This document shows, in pieces, positions 1-9,650 of a stretch of 64,000 nucleotides of DNA. The stretch is from an uncultured Poribacteria bacterium (GTDB lineage: Bacteria; Poribacteria; WGA-4E; WGA-3G). The translations under genes and the position numbers were made by a program. The stretch is from positions 1,696,001-1,760,000 of the forward strand of contig CATQHZ020000001.1 of assembly GCA_958296135.2 (NCBI GenBank). The letters are read 5' to 3'. The first letter of the stretch is position 1. The number at the start of each line of letters is the position of its first letter. The notes beneath the pieces are model-generated. The model was not told the origin of the DNA. It did no database searches and worked only from the letters and a program-made list of their open reading frames with translations.

Positions 1-714
1 GAATTCACTGATAGGTTTCAGCACCGGGCTCACTCCGTCCACAGTGGGAGGTGCTGTGCTACCGATGACAGGGGGGGTAGCAGGAATATGGTTAGTCGAG
101 TCAGTGCCTTCCCACTTTATCCAAAACGCATATTCGACATTGTTACTTCTCTCTGTCATATGACCGTGCCGCGCATTAGCGGTGGCATCGTGATAGGAGG
201 TGCCTCTGACGATAGATTGCCAATGGTGACTCTTGAGGTATCTGCCATAGTTGCCATTACTGGTGGACACCGAACGCAGGGCGATCGCGCCACTGTTGCC
301 CCCCGCGAGCGTATAGGCAAACCGAACAGTAGTCGCATCATCCGCGACTCTTTCTATATTCGGGTTGGCACCCGAGTAGATGGTACCGTCGGACTGGAGC
401 GGTTTTGCTTCAACCCCAGCGGTGCCTACCGTTAGAAATAAGCCAGCTGAAGCATAGACATCAATAACCACCGGATTAGGATCCGAAGCAGGCTCCCTAA
501 AACGCATCTCAATGATAACCTGATCGCCGGTGCCGAGCCTCGGCACGTTGCCGGAGGGCGAGTCCATGATGCTTCCGCCAACACGCTTGTACTGCCACTT
601 CACATCCTTCACCGTGATGGTGGCTTGCGCGTGCACGTCTAGCGGGGTGGCCATGGAGACAACGCCGGCGATGAACAGAAAAACGCAAAGGTTGAGGAAA
701 GATTTTCTAATCAT
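1..714 (-). CDS. Secreted protein of unknown function, N-terminal part (runs off window start)
   Basis: Manual translation from ATG at 714 is open to base 1: MIRKSFLNLCVFLFIAGVVSMATPLDVHAQ (signal peptide, VHA cleavage) then beta-rich sequence; absent from ORF track because there is no stop in the window. Confidence 0.8.
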   Translation of the reverse strand, partial: MIRKSFLNLCVFLFIAGVVSMATPLDVHAQATITVKDVKWQYKRVGGSIMDSPSGNVPRLGTGDQVIIEMRFREPASDPNPVVIDVYASAGLFLTVGTAGVEAKPLQSDGTIYSGANPNIERVADDATTVRFAYTLAGGNSGAIALRSVSTSNGNYGRYLKSHHWQSIVRGTSYHDATANARHGHMTERSNNVEYAFWIKWEGTDSTNHIPATPPVIGSTAPPTVDGVSPVLKPISEF

Positions 715-866
715 TTCATTTTTTCTTTATTTTATCGAACTGGAGAGTCACTGCGCCGTTTGCGGTGGCTCTCTGCAAAGTTCACAAAGACCGGAGAGGA
801 CACGCCGTGCCTTTCTTAACAAGATCACCTGCAGATTCAAGCGCAGCAGATGTCGTAGTCTCGGAG

Positions 867-906
867 AAAACAGGGTAACCGTGGGCGAATGCCCACGGTT
901 ATCCTG
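867..906 (-). terminator. Intrinsic terminator-like hairpin in leader of the 1..714 gene
   Basis: Minus strand CAGGATAACCGTGGGC-ATTC-GCCCACGGTTACCCTG (one mismatch) followed by TTTT. Confidence 0.5.
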
Positions 907-977
907 CCCCTTTATATCCCTAGTGGGGACAGAAATTTCCCCGGAACAACGCTGGTGGACCTCGACGGTGCAATGCG

Positions 978-1029
978 AAAAGCCCCGTGGCAGCCGCGTC
1001 CACGCGAACGTGAGCGGCTGCCACGGAGC
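978..1029 (-). terminator. Second intrinsic terminator-like hairpin
   Basis: Minus strand GCTCCGTGGCAGCCGC...GCGGCTGCCACGGGGC followed by TTTT. Confidence 0.5.
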
Positions 1030-1127
1030 AATGTGAGTCGCGCGTATGCAACGCGCGCGGTTTTTCATGTTGGAATTGTGAGCAGGGATATCCCCCCGGA
1101 GCCCCTGCCTGCCGAGTTTATCAAGGG

Positions 1128-1289
1128 TTAACTGGCGTAAAGTGAGGGGGGGGTAATCCGGTCTAGGGCATCGTCAACGGGAGGCGCAAACGCAAACGTA
1201 GACACGGAGTGCAGCCAGGGCGGCTGCTGCGTCGCTTTCACAGATATCTGCAGGCGAATCGGGTGATCCGCGCGGAATAGAGTGTTCAC
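1128..1289 (-). CDS. Putative 53-aa small ORF / leader peptide
   Basis: GTG start preceded by AAGGAG, just downstream of a near-consensus promoter; no recognisable domain. Confidence 0.35.
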   Translation of the reverse strand: MNTLFRADHPIRLQISVKATQQPPWLHSVSTFAFAPPVDDALDRITPPSLYAS

Positions 1290-1345
1290 GTTCGTGCTCC
1301 TTTATTAGTTGCGTTGAATGTCATGCCCCAAATGATAACATAAAT

Positions 1346-1374
1346 AGTATACCACATTTTTGCGTGTTTGTCAA
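1346..1374 (-). promoter_or_regulatory. Sigma70-type promoter
   Basis: TTGACA-17 nt-TATACT with extended -10 TG. Confidence 0.7.
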
Positions 1375-1454
1375 ATTAAAAATGTGATTTTTTTAGATGC
1401 TATCATTTTTTAACGTTTTTGTCAAGGTTTAGGTTACAGCATCCAGGTCCAGAG

Positions 1455-2010
1455 CGGCCCTTTTCACCCTTGCGCGAAAGAGGCCCCTTTTCACCGATGC
1501 ATGGCGCGGCACAGGCCCGCGCCCTACGGACTAAGGCGCATTTTTACTGACGGCCCCTTTTCACCGTAGCGCGGCGGCCTGTCCGCCGCGATCTCTCGAC
1601 CCACACAAAAAACGCGCGAAATCCCGGACTACCGCCATCTCCTCTGCAGATCGACGCATGGCGCGGCACAGGACCGCGCCCTACGGACTAAGGGCCTTTT
1701 ACCCAAGCACGGCGCGGCACAGGACCGCGCCCTACGGACTCAGGGCCTTTTCACCTTAGGCCCCTTTCACCGTAGCGCGAGGGCCTGTCCCTCGCGATCT
1801 CTCGACCCACACAAAAAACGCGCGAAATCCCGGACTACCGCCATCTCCTCTGCAGATCGACGCATGGCGCGGCACAGGACCGCGCCCTACGGACTAAGGG
1901 GCTTTTAACCGATGCATGGCGCGGCACAGGACCGCGCCCTACGGACTCAGGGGCTTTTAACCGATGCATGGCGCGGCACAGGACCGCGCCCTACGGACTC
2001 AGGCGCATTT
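1455..2010. repeat. Cluster of GTAG-type REP-like palindromes (BIME/REPIN-like mosaic)
   Basis: Six copies of GGCGCGGCACAGGACCGCGCCCTACGGACT (or 1-nt variant), two opposed GTAGCGCG...CGCG hairpins and a duplicated spacer. Confidence 0.9.
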
Positions 2011-2105
2011 TGACTGATTGAGCGAAAAATATCCTCTTGATTTCCACGTTGCAATCTGCTATAATAAAATTGTTTAACTTCCAGAGTGCGAGAGGCATAC
2101 GTAAA

Positions 2106-2912
2106 ATGAAAATGAATTCGTGGTTTATCGCAGGTTTGTTCGTTCTATCGGCGGCAGGTACTGGGTTCCTCTACTGGTTCCGCGTTGAGACAGATGCGCG
2201 TGTTGGGCAGCAAGTGCCGCTCAGCACCGAGGTTCCAAATCACACGCTGTTTGACGAAGTGTTGCAAGCGCGCGTCAACGCTGAAGGTGAGGTAGATTAC
2301 GCCGAGTTGAAGGCACACCCGGAAAAATTGGAGGTATACCTAAATCAGTTGGCAGTGGCAGATCCGGCGGCGTTATCGTATCACGAGCAACTCGCGTTCT
2401 GGCTCAATGCCTACAACGCGCTTGTCATCAAAGGGGTTGTGGATAGATACCCGACGACGAGTGTGCGCAGAATCAAACCGTTCGGTGGGTTTTTCTCTCG
2501 CCTGAAATTTCAGGTGGCCGGCAAACCTTACACGCTCAACGAAATTGAACACGACGTTATCCGCGCCGAGTTTGTAGATGCACGCGTCCACTTCGCGCTT
2601 GTGTGTGCATCAGGAGGATGCCCGGTGCTGGAAAACCGCGCCTTTTTCGCCAATACACTTGAGGAACGGCTTGAAACTGCCACCTTTAACTTCGTTACCA
2701 ATCCCGAGAAGGTGCGGCTTGCGCGCAGCGAACGCCGAATCTATCTCTCCAAAATTTTCAAATGGTATGCCGCCGATTTCACGGAGGGATACGCGGATGT
2801 AACCGATTTTCTCGCGGACTACCTGCCGCCTGACGATGCAGCATTTCTTGAAACCGAAGAGGTCGAATTTCACTATCTGGATTACGATTGGACATTGAAC
2901 GATCAACGTTAG
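2106..2912 (+). CDS. DUF547 domain protein
   Basis: GEVDYAELK, LAFWLNAYNALVI, LNEIEH, RVHFALVCASGGCP, YLDYDWTLND motifs; N-terminal membrane anchor. Confidence 0.9.
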   Translation: MKMNSWFIAGLFVLSAAGTGFLYWFRVETDARVGQQVPLSTEVPNHTLFDEVLQARVNAEGEVDYAELKAHPEKLEVYLNQLAVADPAALSYHEQLAFWLNAYNALVIKGVVDRYPTTSVRRIKPFGGFFSRLKFQVAGKPYTLNEIEHDVIRAEFVDARVHFALVCASGGCPVLENRAFFANTLEERLETATFNFVTNPEKVRLARSERRIYLSKIFKWYAADFTEGYADVTDFLADYLPPDDAAFLETEEVEFHYLDYDWTLNDQR

Positions 2913-2925
2913 AAGGAGAATTTTG

Positions 2926-3963
2926 ATGATAAACACTGCAGTCATCGGCTACGGCTATGCCGGCCGCGCTTTCCATTCCTATCTTGTCGGTTTGGCAGAT
3001 GGCTTGAACCTTTACGCTGTCGCCACGAGAGATGCTGAACGGCGCGCCGCTGCACGCGAAGCATATCCAAACGCACAGATTTACCAAACTATTGACGAAG
3101 TCCTCATAGACGATGCGGTGGAGCTCGTCGTGCTCGCCACACCGCACGATACACACGCCGCGCTCGCTATCAAAGCGATGGATGCCGGCAAGCACCTCGT
3201 CACTGATAAAATCATGGCGATGAACACCGCCGAGGCAGATGCGATGATTGCCGCCAGCAAGCGGAATAACGTCTTGCTTAGCGTCTTCCACAACCGCCGA
3301 TGGGACTGGGACTACCTCACCGTCAAAAAGGTTATCGCTGATGGGCTGCTCGGCACGCCTTACCTCTTCCAGGTGGCGATTATGCGCTACGGGAAGCCTA
3401 GCGGCTGGCGCAGTATCAAAAAGCACAGCGGCGGTATCCTCTATGATTGGCCCGCGCACTTCGTCGATCAGGCACTGCAATTCGTGCAGGCCCCCGTCGC
3501 ATCTGTCTTCTGCGATATCCATTACAATTCAAAATGGGACATCGACATCGGCAACTACGCGAACCTTATTATTAAGTTCGAGAACGATGTGCGGTATCAG
3601 ATTGAGATAGGCAACCTCTCCAAGGCGGAGAAGCCGCGGTGGTATGTCGTCGGCGACGAGGGCGGCCTGATCAAATACGGGCTGGACCCGCAGGAGGGAC
3701 CGATGCGCGATGGCGATATTGATGCCGCGGCAGAAGACCCGGGCAACTACGCCAAAGTCTGGACCGAGGCGGGCGGCGAACCTCGTGAACTCGTGCTTGA
3801 GAGTGTGCGCGGCACATGGAAGTCCTACTATCAGAATATCGCAGATGTCCTGAACAACGGCGCGGAATTGGTTGTTAAACCGGAAGAGGTGCGCAAAGTC
3901 ATGCAGGTATACGATGCGGCGATGCAATCCGCGGAAACTGGGGAAACAGTATCTCTCCGGTAG
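2926..3963 (+). CDS. Gfo/Idh/MocA family oxidoreductase
   Basis: GYGYAG Rossmann motif, GKHLVTDK, VFHNRRWD, GGILYDWPAHFVDQ. Confidence 0.9.
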   Translation: MINTAVIGYGYAGRAFHSYLVGLADGLNLYAVATRDAERRAAAREAYPNAQIYQTIDEVLIDDAVELVVLATPHDTHAALAIKAMDAGKHLVTDKIMAMNTAEADAMIAASKRNNVLLSVFHNRRWDWDYLTVKKVIADGLLGTPYLFQVAIMRYGKPSGWRSIKKHSGGILYDWPAHFVDQALQFVQAPVASVFCDIHYNSKWDIDIGNYANLIIKFENDVRYQIEIGNLSKAEKPRWYVVGDEGGLIKYGLDPQEGPMRDGDIDAAAEDPGNYAKVWTEAGGEPRELVLESVRGTWKSYYQNIADVLNNGAELVVKPEEVRKVMQVYDAAMQSAETGETVSLR

Positions 3964-4211
3964 GCGCGGTTTATCACCGCGCTATGGAGAATTCTGTCCG
4001 TTCAAATTCTGGCTGTTCAAATTTTGGACAGTCGTGTTCATTTTCTAACGGGGAGATATCGTTCATATCTGCCTATCGCGCCCAAGAAACGGGAGGACAC
4101 GGCAATCCATCTTGACGAAATGGCGCTGCAAAGTTGGCATCATCTTTGCTATAACGTTTAGTAAACAACGATGCGCACTGCGAAATCGCGCAAAATCAGG
4201 AGAGTAAAAAA

Positions 4212-5318
4212 ATGAAAAGGAACGTTTGGGGCACGAGCCTTGCATTGATGCTGATAATGTTCTTCGCGGGTGGGGTAGCGGCTGATAACCATGCTTCCCA
4301 GTCACCTTACCACGAACTCAACCAGCAAGTCATCGCAAGCATTGACAACGGCTTGGAATGGCTGAAAGCACAGCAGGGAGAAGACGGCCTCTTCCGCAAC
4401 CATCCGGGGATAACGGCCATCGTGGTTACTGCCTTTCTGCGGCACCCGCAGGGAAAATACACGGAGGCGAACAGTCCGTTCATCGCGAAGGCACTCCGGC
4501 GGCTCGTCGCGATGCAACAGCCGGACGGTGCTATCTACGACGCGGATAAGCAACCCGCGCTGCCGAATTACAACACCTCTATTTCCGTGATGGCACTCGC
4601 TTCAACGGGAAATCCGGCATACGCCGAGGTCATCGCGAAAGCGCAAGGTTTCCTGAAAGGCCTGCAAATCACGGACGAGGAGAGCGTCTATTACGGCGGC
4701 ATCGGCTACGGCAGCCGGCAAACCGTGCATGACCTTTCTAATTTGAACATTGCTATCCAAGCGCTTAAAGAGAGCGGTTCCGATGACGATGAAGTCTGGA
4801 ACAAGGCGGTTAAGTTTCTGGAACGGACACAGAATCGCAGTGAGAGCAATGACCAGGGCTGGGCAGGCAACGATGGCGGCTTCATCTATTCGCCAGATGG
4901 GGAGAGTAAGGCAGGCACGGATGAGGCAGGCAGCCCACGCAGTTATGCCAGCATGACATACGCCGGGTTGTTGAGTTTCATCTACGCGAACGTTGATAAA
5001 GACGATGCACGCGTGCAGGCGGCCGTTGATTGGATCCAGCAGCACTTCACGTTGGACGAAAACTACGGCGTGGGTGCGCAGGGGCTCTATTACCACTACC
5101 ACACAATGGCGAAAGCGTTGCAGCTTTACGGACAGCCCATTCTTGTTGATGCAAAGGGCATCTCACACGATTGGTACCAAGAATTCGCGGAAAATTTGAT
5201 GGAGCTGCAGAATCCAGAAGGCTTCTGGGTAAACGAGGAAAGCCGCTGGATGGAGGCAGACCCGGTGTTAGTTACGGGTTATTCGGTTCTCGCTCTTGAT
5301 ACAGCTTACCCGCGTTAA
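4212..5318 (+). CDS. Secreted prenyltransferase/squalene-cyclase repeat protein
   Basis: Signal peptide; QW-like repeats QQGEDGLF, QQPDGAI, DGGFIY, QNPEGFW. Confidence 0.8.
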   Translation: MKRNVWGTSLALMLIMFFAGGVAADNHASQSPYHELNQQVIASIDNGLEWLKAQQGEDGLFRNHPGITAIVVTAFLRHPQGKYTEANSPFIAKALRRLVAMQQPDGAIYDADKQPALPNYNTSISVMALASTGNPAYAEVIAKAQGFLKGLQITDEESVYYGGIGYGSRQTVHDLSNLNIAIQALKESGSDDDEVWNKAVKFLERTQNRSESNDQGWAGNDGGFIYSPDGESKAGTDEAGSPRSYASMTYAGLLSFIYANVDKDDARVQAAVDWIQQHFTLDENYGVGAQGLYYHYHTMAKALQLYGQPILVDAKGISHDWYQEFAENLMELQNPEGFWVNEESRWMEADPVLVTGYSVLALDTAYPR

Positions 5319-5460
5319 CCTCGTGTCTCCTAGGGCGGATATCCCTATCCGCCCTTTCCCTTCCTCGTAGTAACTCTCTTCGGGAGATAACACCTTTAGC
5401 GAAACCTAATAACTGTCACGGTTCTATACGGTGCTAAGGTTTGAAAAACTGGTGTTGCTC

Positions 5461-6338
5461 CAAGGGGCCTTTTAACTGACGGGCCCTTTTCACCGTAGCG
5501 CGCGGGAAAACCTGTCCGCCGTGTAGGAGAGACCTCCCGGTCTCGATGTTCGGGACTGACGGGCCCTTTTCACCGTCGCGCGAGGTCTTGTGCCTCGCGA
5601 AGCCCTTGACAGCCCGATGCATGGCGCAGCACAGGACCGCGCCCTACGGACTAAGGGGCCTTTTCACCGTAGCGCGCGGGAAAACCTGTCACCCGGTAGG
5701 AGAGACCTCCCGGTCTCGATGTTCGGGACTGACGGGCCCTTTTCACCGTCGCGCGAGGTCTTGTGCCTCGCGAAGCCCTTGACAGCCCGATGCATGGCGC
5801 AGCACAGGACCGCGCCCTACGGACTAAGGGGCCTTTTAACTGACGGGCCCTTTTCACCGTCGCGCGAGGTCTTGTGCCTCGCGAAGCCCTTGACAGCCCG
5901 ATGCATGGCGCAGCACAGGACCGCGCCCTACGGACTAAGGGGCCTTTTAACTGACGGGCCCTTTTCACCGTCGCGCGAGGTCTTGTGCGTCGCGATTCCC
6001 CTTGACAGCCCGATGCATGGCGCGGCACAGGACCGCGCCCTACGGACTAAGGGGCCTTTTAACTGACGGGCCCTTTTCACCGTCGCGCGAGGGCTTGTGC
6101 GTCGCGATCCCCCTTGACAGCCCGATGCATGGCGCAGCACAGGACCGCGCCCTACGGACTAAGGGGCCTTTTCACTGACGGGCCCTTTTCACCGTCGCGC
6201 GAGGGCTTGTGCGTCGCGATCCCCCTTGACAGCCCGATGCATGGCGCAGCACAGGACCGCGCCCTACGGACTAAGGGACCCTTTTCACTGACGGGCCCTT
6301 TTCACCGTCGCGCGAGGGCTTGTGCCTCGCGAAGCCCT
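5461..6338. repeat. Tandem array of ~111-113 bp REP-doublet units
   Basis: Six copies of CTGACGGGCCCTTTTCACCGTCGCGCGAGG...GCATGGCGCAGCACAGGACCGCGCCCTACGGACTAAGGG plus partial and variant units. Confidence 0.95.
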
Positions 6339-6377
6339 AATTTCATTGGTTGCACTTCCTTTACAAAGATTAGTGAC

Positions 6378-6406
6378 ATTGTACCCGAATCGCACGCAAA
6401 TGTCAA
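6378..6406 (-). promoter_or_regulatory. Sigma70-type promoter pointing into the repeat array
   Basis: TTGACA-17 nt-TACAAT on minus strand. Confidence 0.65.
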
Positions 6407-6471
6407 TAAAAAAATAAACCTATTCCCCCGACTAACGTTAAACAAGCAACGAATTCTGCAAGAAAGCCTTA

Positions 6472-6565
6472 CGGAGGAAATAGGCGTATCGGTGAAGGCA
6501 TCTCTGTTGGCATTGCGGCGATTTCGGTGTCGCCGTTGGGCTGGCGACGATAGCTATCGGTGCGG
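6472..6565 (+). pseudogene. Collapsed relic of the 5' end of a MacB-like permease paralog
   Basis: GGAGGAAA RBS, then TCTGTTGGCATTGCGGC and GATAGCTATCGG blocks matching the start of the 6738 gene with the intervening segment deleted; no ATG. Confidence 0.65.
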
Positions 6566-6737
6566 TTCAACTGGAGTTTTGACAATTTAGGCATTGCGGG
6601 CGGATTAATGGAGTGTTCACAGCATATAAACCTATTTCCTCCAATTACGTCTAAAATTACAAAATCTGAACTTTATCTGTCCTTCTTTGTCTAAAGGTTA
6701 ACCGTAAAAATCTAATTTGAGGCTCAGGAGGAAAATA

Positions 6738-8042
6738 ATGCGCATATTGGAGGGGCTATCTGTTGGCATTGCGGCAATCCGCAGCAATAAACTGCGTTCG
6801 CTGCTGACGATGCTTGGGATTATCATCGGTGTTGCCTCAGTGTTGGCGATGATAGCTATCGGCGACGGTGCTAAAGTCATCGTGCTACAAGACGCACAAA
6901 AACTCGGCGGCGTGAACCAATTTACCATGTATCGCAGCAGCCATAAACGCGTGGGCAACCGGTGGGTGCGAAACCGGAGCAACGAATATTTTGAGTATGA
7001 AGACGTTCTCGCTATCGAAGCGGAATGTCCTTCAGTCAAGGTGGTTGTGCCGCGGATACCGGAATGGCGCAACGTGCTGGTGCAGACTGCTGACGGTTCC
7101 GAAACCCGCACCGGCTACAACGGCGTAAACGCCTCATTCTCGGAAGCGATGGAGTGGGAGACTGCGCAGGGCCGTTTTGTTTCCGAGGAAGACATGGATA
7201 ATGAAGCCAAGGTCTGCGTCCTCGGCTCTGAAGTGGCGGCCACGCTGTTCGGCACCGAGTCACCTATCGGCAAAGAGATAAAAATCGGCAGAGGCGCGGG
7301 GGGACGCTTTGACAGATACGGCAGAAAGGATCAGAAGCGGACAACCGAACGGTTTACTGTCGTCGGAACAATGGCATACCGAGGCAGAAGCCTCCGGTTT
7401 GGCTGGAACTTGGATGACATGGTATTCCTCCCGCTCACGACGACACAAGAACGCTTTACAGGCAATGACCGGATTGTGATGCTCTCTGTCCAAGCGCACA
7501 CCGTTGACGATGTGCCGAAGGCGATCGAAGAGGTGAAAGCGGTTGTACGGAAACGGCACCGCAACCAGGACGACTTTTTCAGTCTCTGGGATATGCGGGA
7601 AGGCATGGCGCAGTTGGAAAAAATCAGTAAGGTAATCAAAATCGCATTAGGGAGCATTGCCGGGTTTTCGCTCCTCGTCGGCGGCATCGGCATTATGAAT
7701 ATGATGCTCGTCGCTGTTACCGAACGCACTCGCGAGATTGGCTTGCGGAAGGCACTAGGCGCGAAGCGGATGGATATTATGATGCAATTCTTGATAGAGG
7801 CGGTAGTGCTGTGTAGCATCGGCGGCGCGCTCGGTGTCGCGCTCGGCATCGCGGCCGGCGAAGGCATGGCAATGCTCGCGGTGAACATCGTTCAGATCGT
7901 ACCGGAATGGCCCTCAGTAGTTTCAAAGGAGTGGATTGCGATTGCAGTCTCCTTTTCTGCGGGAATCGGTATCTCCTTCGGGCTCTATCCCGCGATAAAA
8001 GCATCTTCGTTATCACCGATCGAAGCCTTAAGAACGGAGTGA
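6738..8042 (+). CDS. MacB-like ABC transporter permease (MacB_PCD + FtsX)
   Basis: LRSLLTMLGIIIGVASV, GGIGIMNMMLVAVTERTREIGLRKALGA, PIEALRTE. Confidence 0.95.
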   Translation: MRILEGLSVGIAAIRSNKLRSLLTMLGIIIGVASVLAMIAIGDGAKVIVLQDAQKLGGVNQFTMYRSSHKRVGNRWVRNRSNEYFEYEDVLAIEAECPSVKVVVPRIPEWRNVLVQTADGSETRTGYNGVNASFSEAMEWETAQGRFVSEEDMDNEAKVCVLGSEVAATLFGTESPIGKEIKIGRGAGGRFDRYGRKDQKRTTERFTVVGTMAYRGRSLRFGWNLDDMVFLPLTTTQERFTGNDRIVMLSVQAHTVDDVPKAIEEVKAVVRKRHRNQDDFFSLWDMREGMAQLEKISKVIKIALGSIAGFSLLVGGIGIMNMMLVAVTERTREIGLRKALGAKRMDIMMQFLIEAVVLCSIGGALGVALGIAAGEGMAMLAVNIVQIVPEWPSVVSKEWIAIAVSFSAGIGISFGLYPAIKASSLSPIEALRTE

Positions 8043-8085
8043 TAACACCCCAGATACCGTAATGGGCACCTTTACACGGTAAGAC

Positions 8086-8159
8086 CGCGAGGGACAGTGG
8101 ACAGCTCTGCAGCGAGGCTGCAGAGATGACAAAATTTCGGCTAACGGCCCTCGCGCTAC
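8086..8159 (-). repeat. Extended REP with nested hairpin (copy 1 of 5)
   Basis: GTAG REP whose loop carries CTCTGCAGC-CTC-GCTGCAGAG. Confidence 0.8.
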
Positions 8160-8269
8160 GGACGCGGCGGAGCCTAAGGCACGGTTACACCGTAGGACGA
8201 GGGCCTGTCCCTCGTCATGTATTGAAAACTGAGGGAAGTCGTAAGACACAGCAGGAGGAACCTTAACAA

Positions 8270-9583
8270 ATGAACCTGATTGAATGTGTAATTCTCGGCA
8301 TTGCGAGTCTCCGGCGGAACCCGCTCCGTTCCTGCCTCACTATCTTAGGGATTATTGTTGGTGTCGGCTCTGTCGTGAGCATGGTATCTGTCGGCGACGG
8401 TTCAAGCGCAATGGTGCTACGCGAGATTGAGCGGACCGGTGGCACCAAAGTCATTGAAATCGTTCGCGACGAGTGGGACAAGCAGGCCGGTACCCTGAGC
8501 CGTGCCGCGGGGAGAGCCGTGCGGGGGAAAAGTCGATGGAAAAGGAACCGGGCTGAACATTTGGAAACCGACGATGCCCACGCGCTGCTGGATAACGTGC
8601 GCGGCATTGTCAATGTCGTTGCTGAAGACGATATGCCGGGGTGGAGCGTGAACTATGCGGGCCGGAGCAAGGAATCGCGCATCGTCGCCTCAACTGCTGG
8701 CTATGACCGGTCGCACAATTGGTATCCTCAGATGGGACGGTTCTTCACCGAGGAAGAAGTTGAATCCGCCAGTACCGTAGCGGTTATCGGCTCCAAAATT
8801 ATGGAAGAAGTCTTTTTGGGCGAAGACCCGGTAGGACAAGAGATTAAAGCCTCGCGCCCCTCTTATTGGCGCGGCCGCGGCCGCTACGATGTCCGCCTGA
8901 AGGTTATCGGTGTCATGGAGGCGAAAGGCGATGCGATGGATACCGACGGCTGGGATGACCGGTTTATCATTCCGATAACCACCCTGCAGCAGCGGTTTAA
9001 AGGGCGGGAAGATGTTGAACGCCTCCGCGTGGAGGCAGTGGATGTTGACACGATTCCACTCGCCATCGCGGATTCCAAGCGAGTTCTTGGAAGGCAACAC
9101 AACAACACAGGTGAAGAATATAACTATTGGACAGCCACAGAGGAGCTCGCAACCGCCAGGAAGGTGGGGACTGTCATGAAACTGCTGATGGGCGGTATCG
9201 CGGGCATCGCGTTACTCGTCGCGGGTATCGGCGTGATGAACATCATGCTTGTCTCTGTCACCGATCGGACGAAGGAGATAGGCTTGCGTAAAGCACTCGG
9301 TGCCACGCGTAACGACATCTTAGCGCAATTCCTGATCGAGGCATCTGTGCTCACGCTCACCGGCGGTATCCTCGGCGCAATCGCCGGTATCTTTATGGGG
9401 CAAGGGACAGCCGCCCTCATCTCCAAATTCGTGTGGGAAGGGAGCGATTGGCCCTCTGTCTTTTCTTATGGAACGATGCTCATCGCGCTGCTCGTTTCAG
9501 TCGCCATCGGTGTTTTCTTCGGGCTTTACCCGGCCAACAAGGCGGCGAAACTCACGCCGGTCGAGGCACTTCGTTCCGAGTAA
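8270..9583 (+). CDS. Second MacB-like ABC transporter permease
   Basis: LRSCLTILGIIVGVGSV, GIGVMNIMLVSVTDRTKEIGLRKALGA. Confidence 0.95.
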   Translation: MNLIECVILGIASLRRNPLRSCLTILGIIVGVGSVVSMVSVGDGSSAMVLREIERTGGTKVIEIVRDEWDKQAGTLSRAAGRAVRGKSRWKRNRAEHLETDDAHALLDNVRGIVNVVAEDDMPGWSVNYAGRSKESRIVASTAGYDRSHNWYPQMGRFFTEEEVESASTVAVIGSKIMEEVFLGEDPVGQEIKASRPSYWRGRGRYDVRLKVIGVMEAKGDAMDTDGWDDRFIIPITTLQQRFKGREDVERLRVEAVDVDTIPLAIADSKRVLGRQHNNTGEEYNYWTATEELATARKVGTVMKLLMGGIAGIALLVAGIGVMNIMLVSVTDRTKEIGLRKALGATRNDILAQFLIEASVLTLTGGILGAIAGIFMGQGTAALISKFVWEGSDWPSVFSYGTMLIALLVSVAIGVFFGLYPANKAAKLTPVEALRSE

Positions 9584-9650
9584 TCGCAAACTAAGGGGAG
9601 GTGCCGCCTATCACAGGCACCTCCCAAAACACACATAGGAGAAATGAACC

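Noticed and set aside
5461-6338. CRISPR array
   Set aside because: Intervening sequences are themselves repeated rather than unique spacers, units are ~111 bp, and no cas genes are present.
5434-6590. ORFs within the tandem array
   Set aside because: Translations of repeats in several frames with no domain signal.
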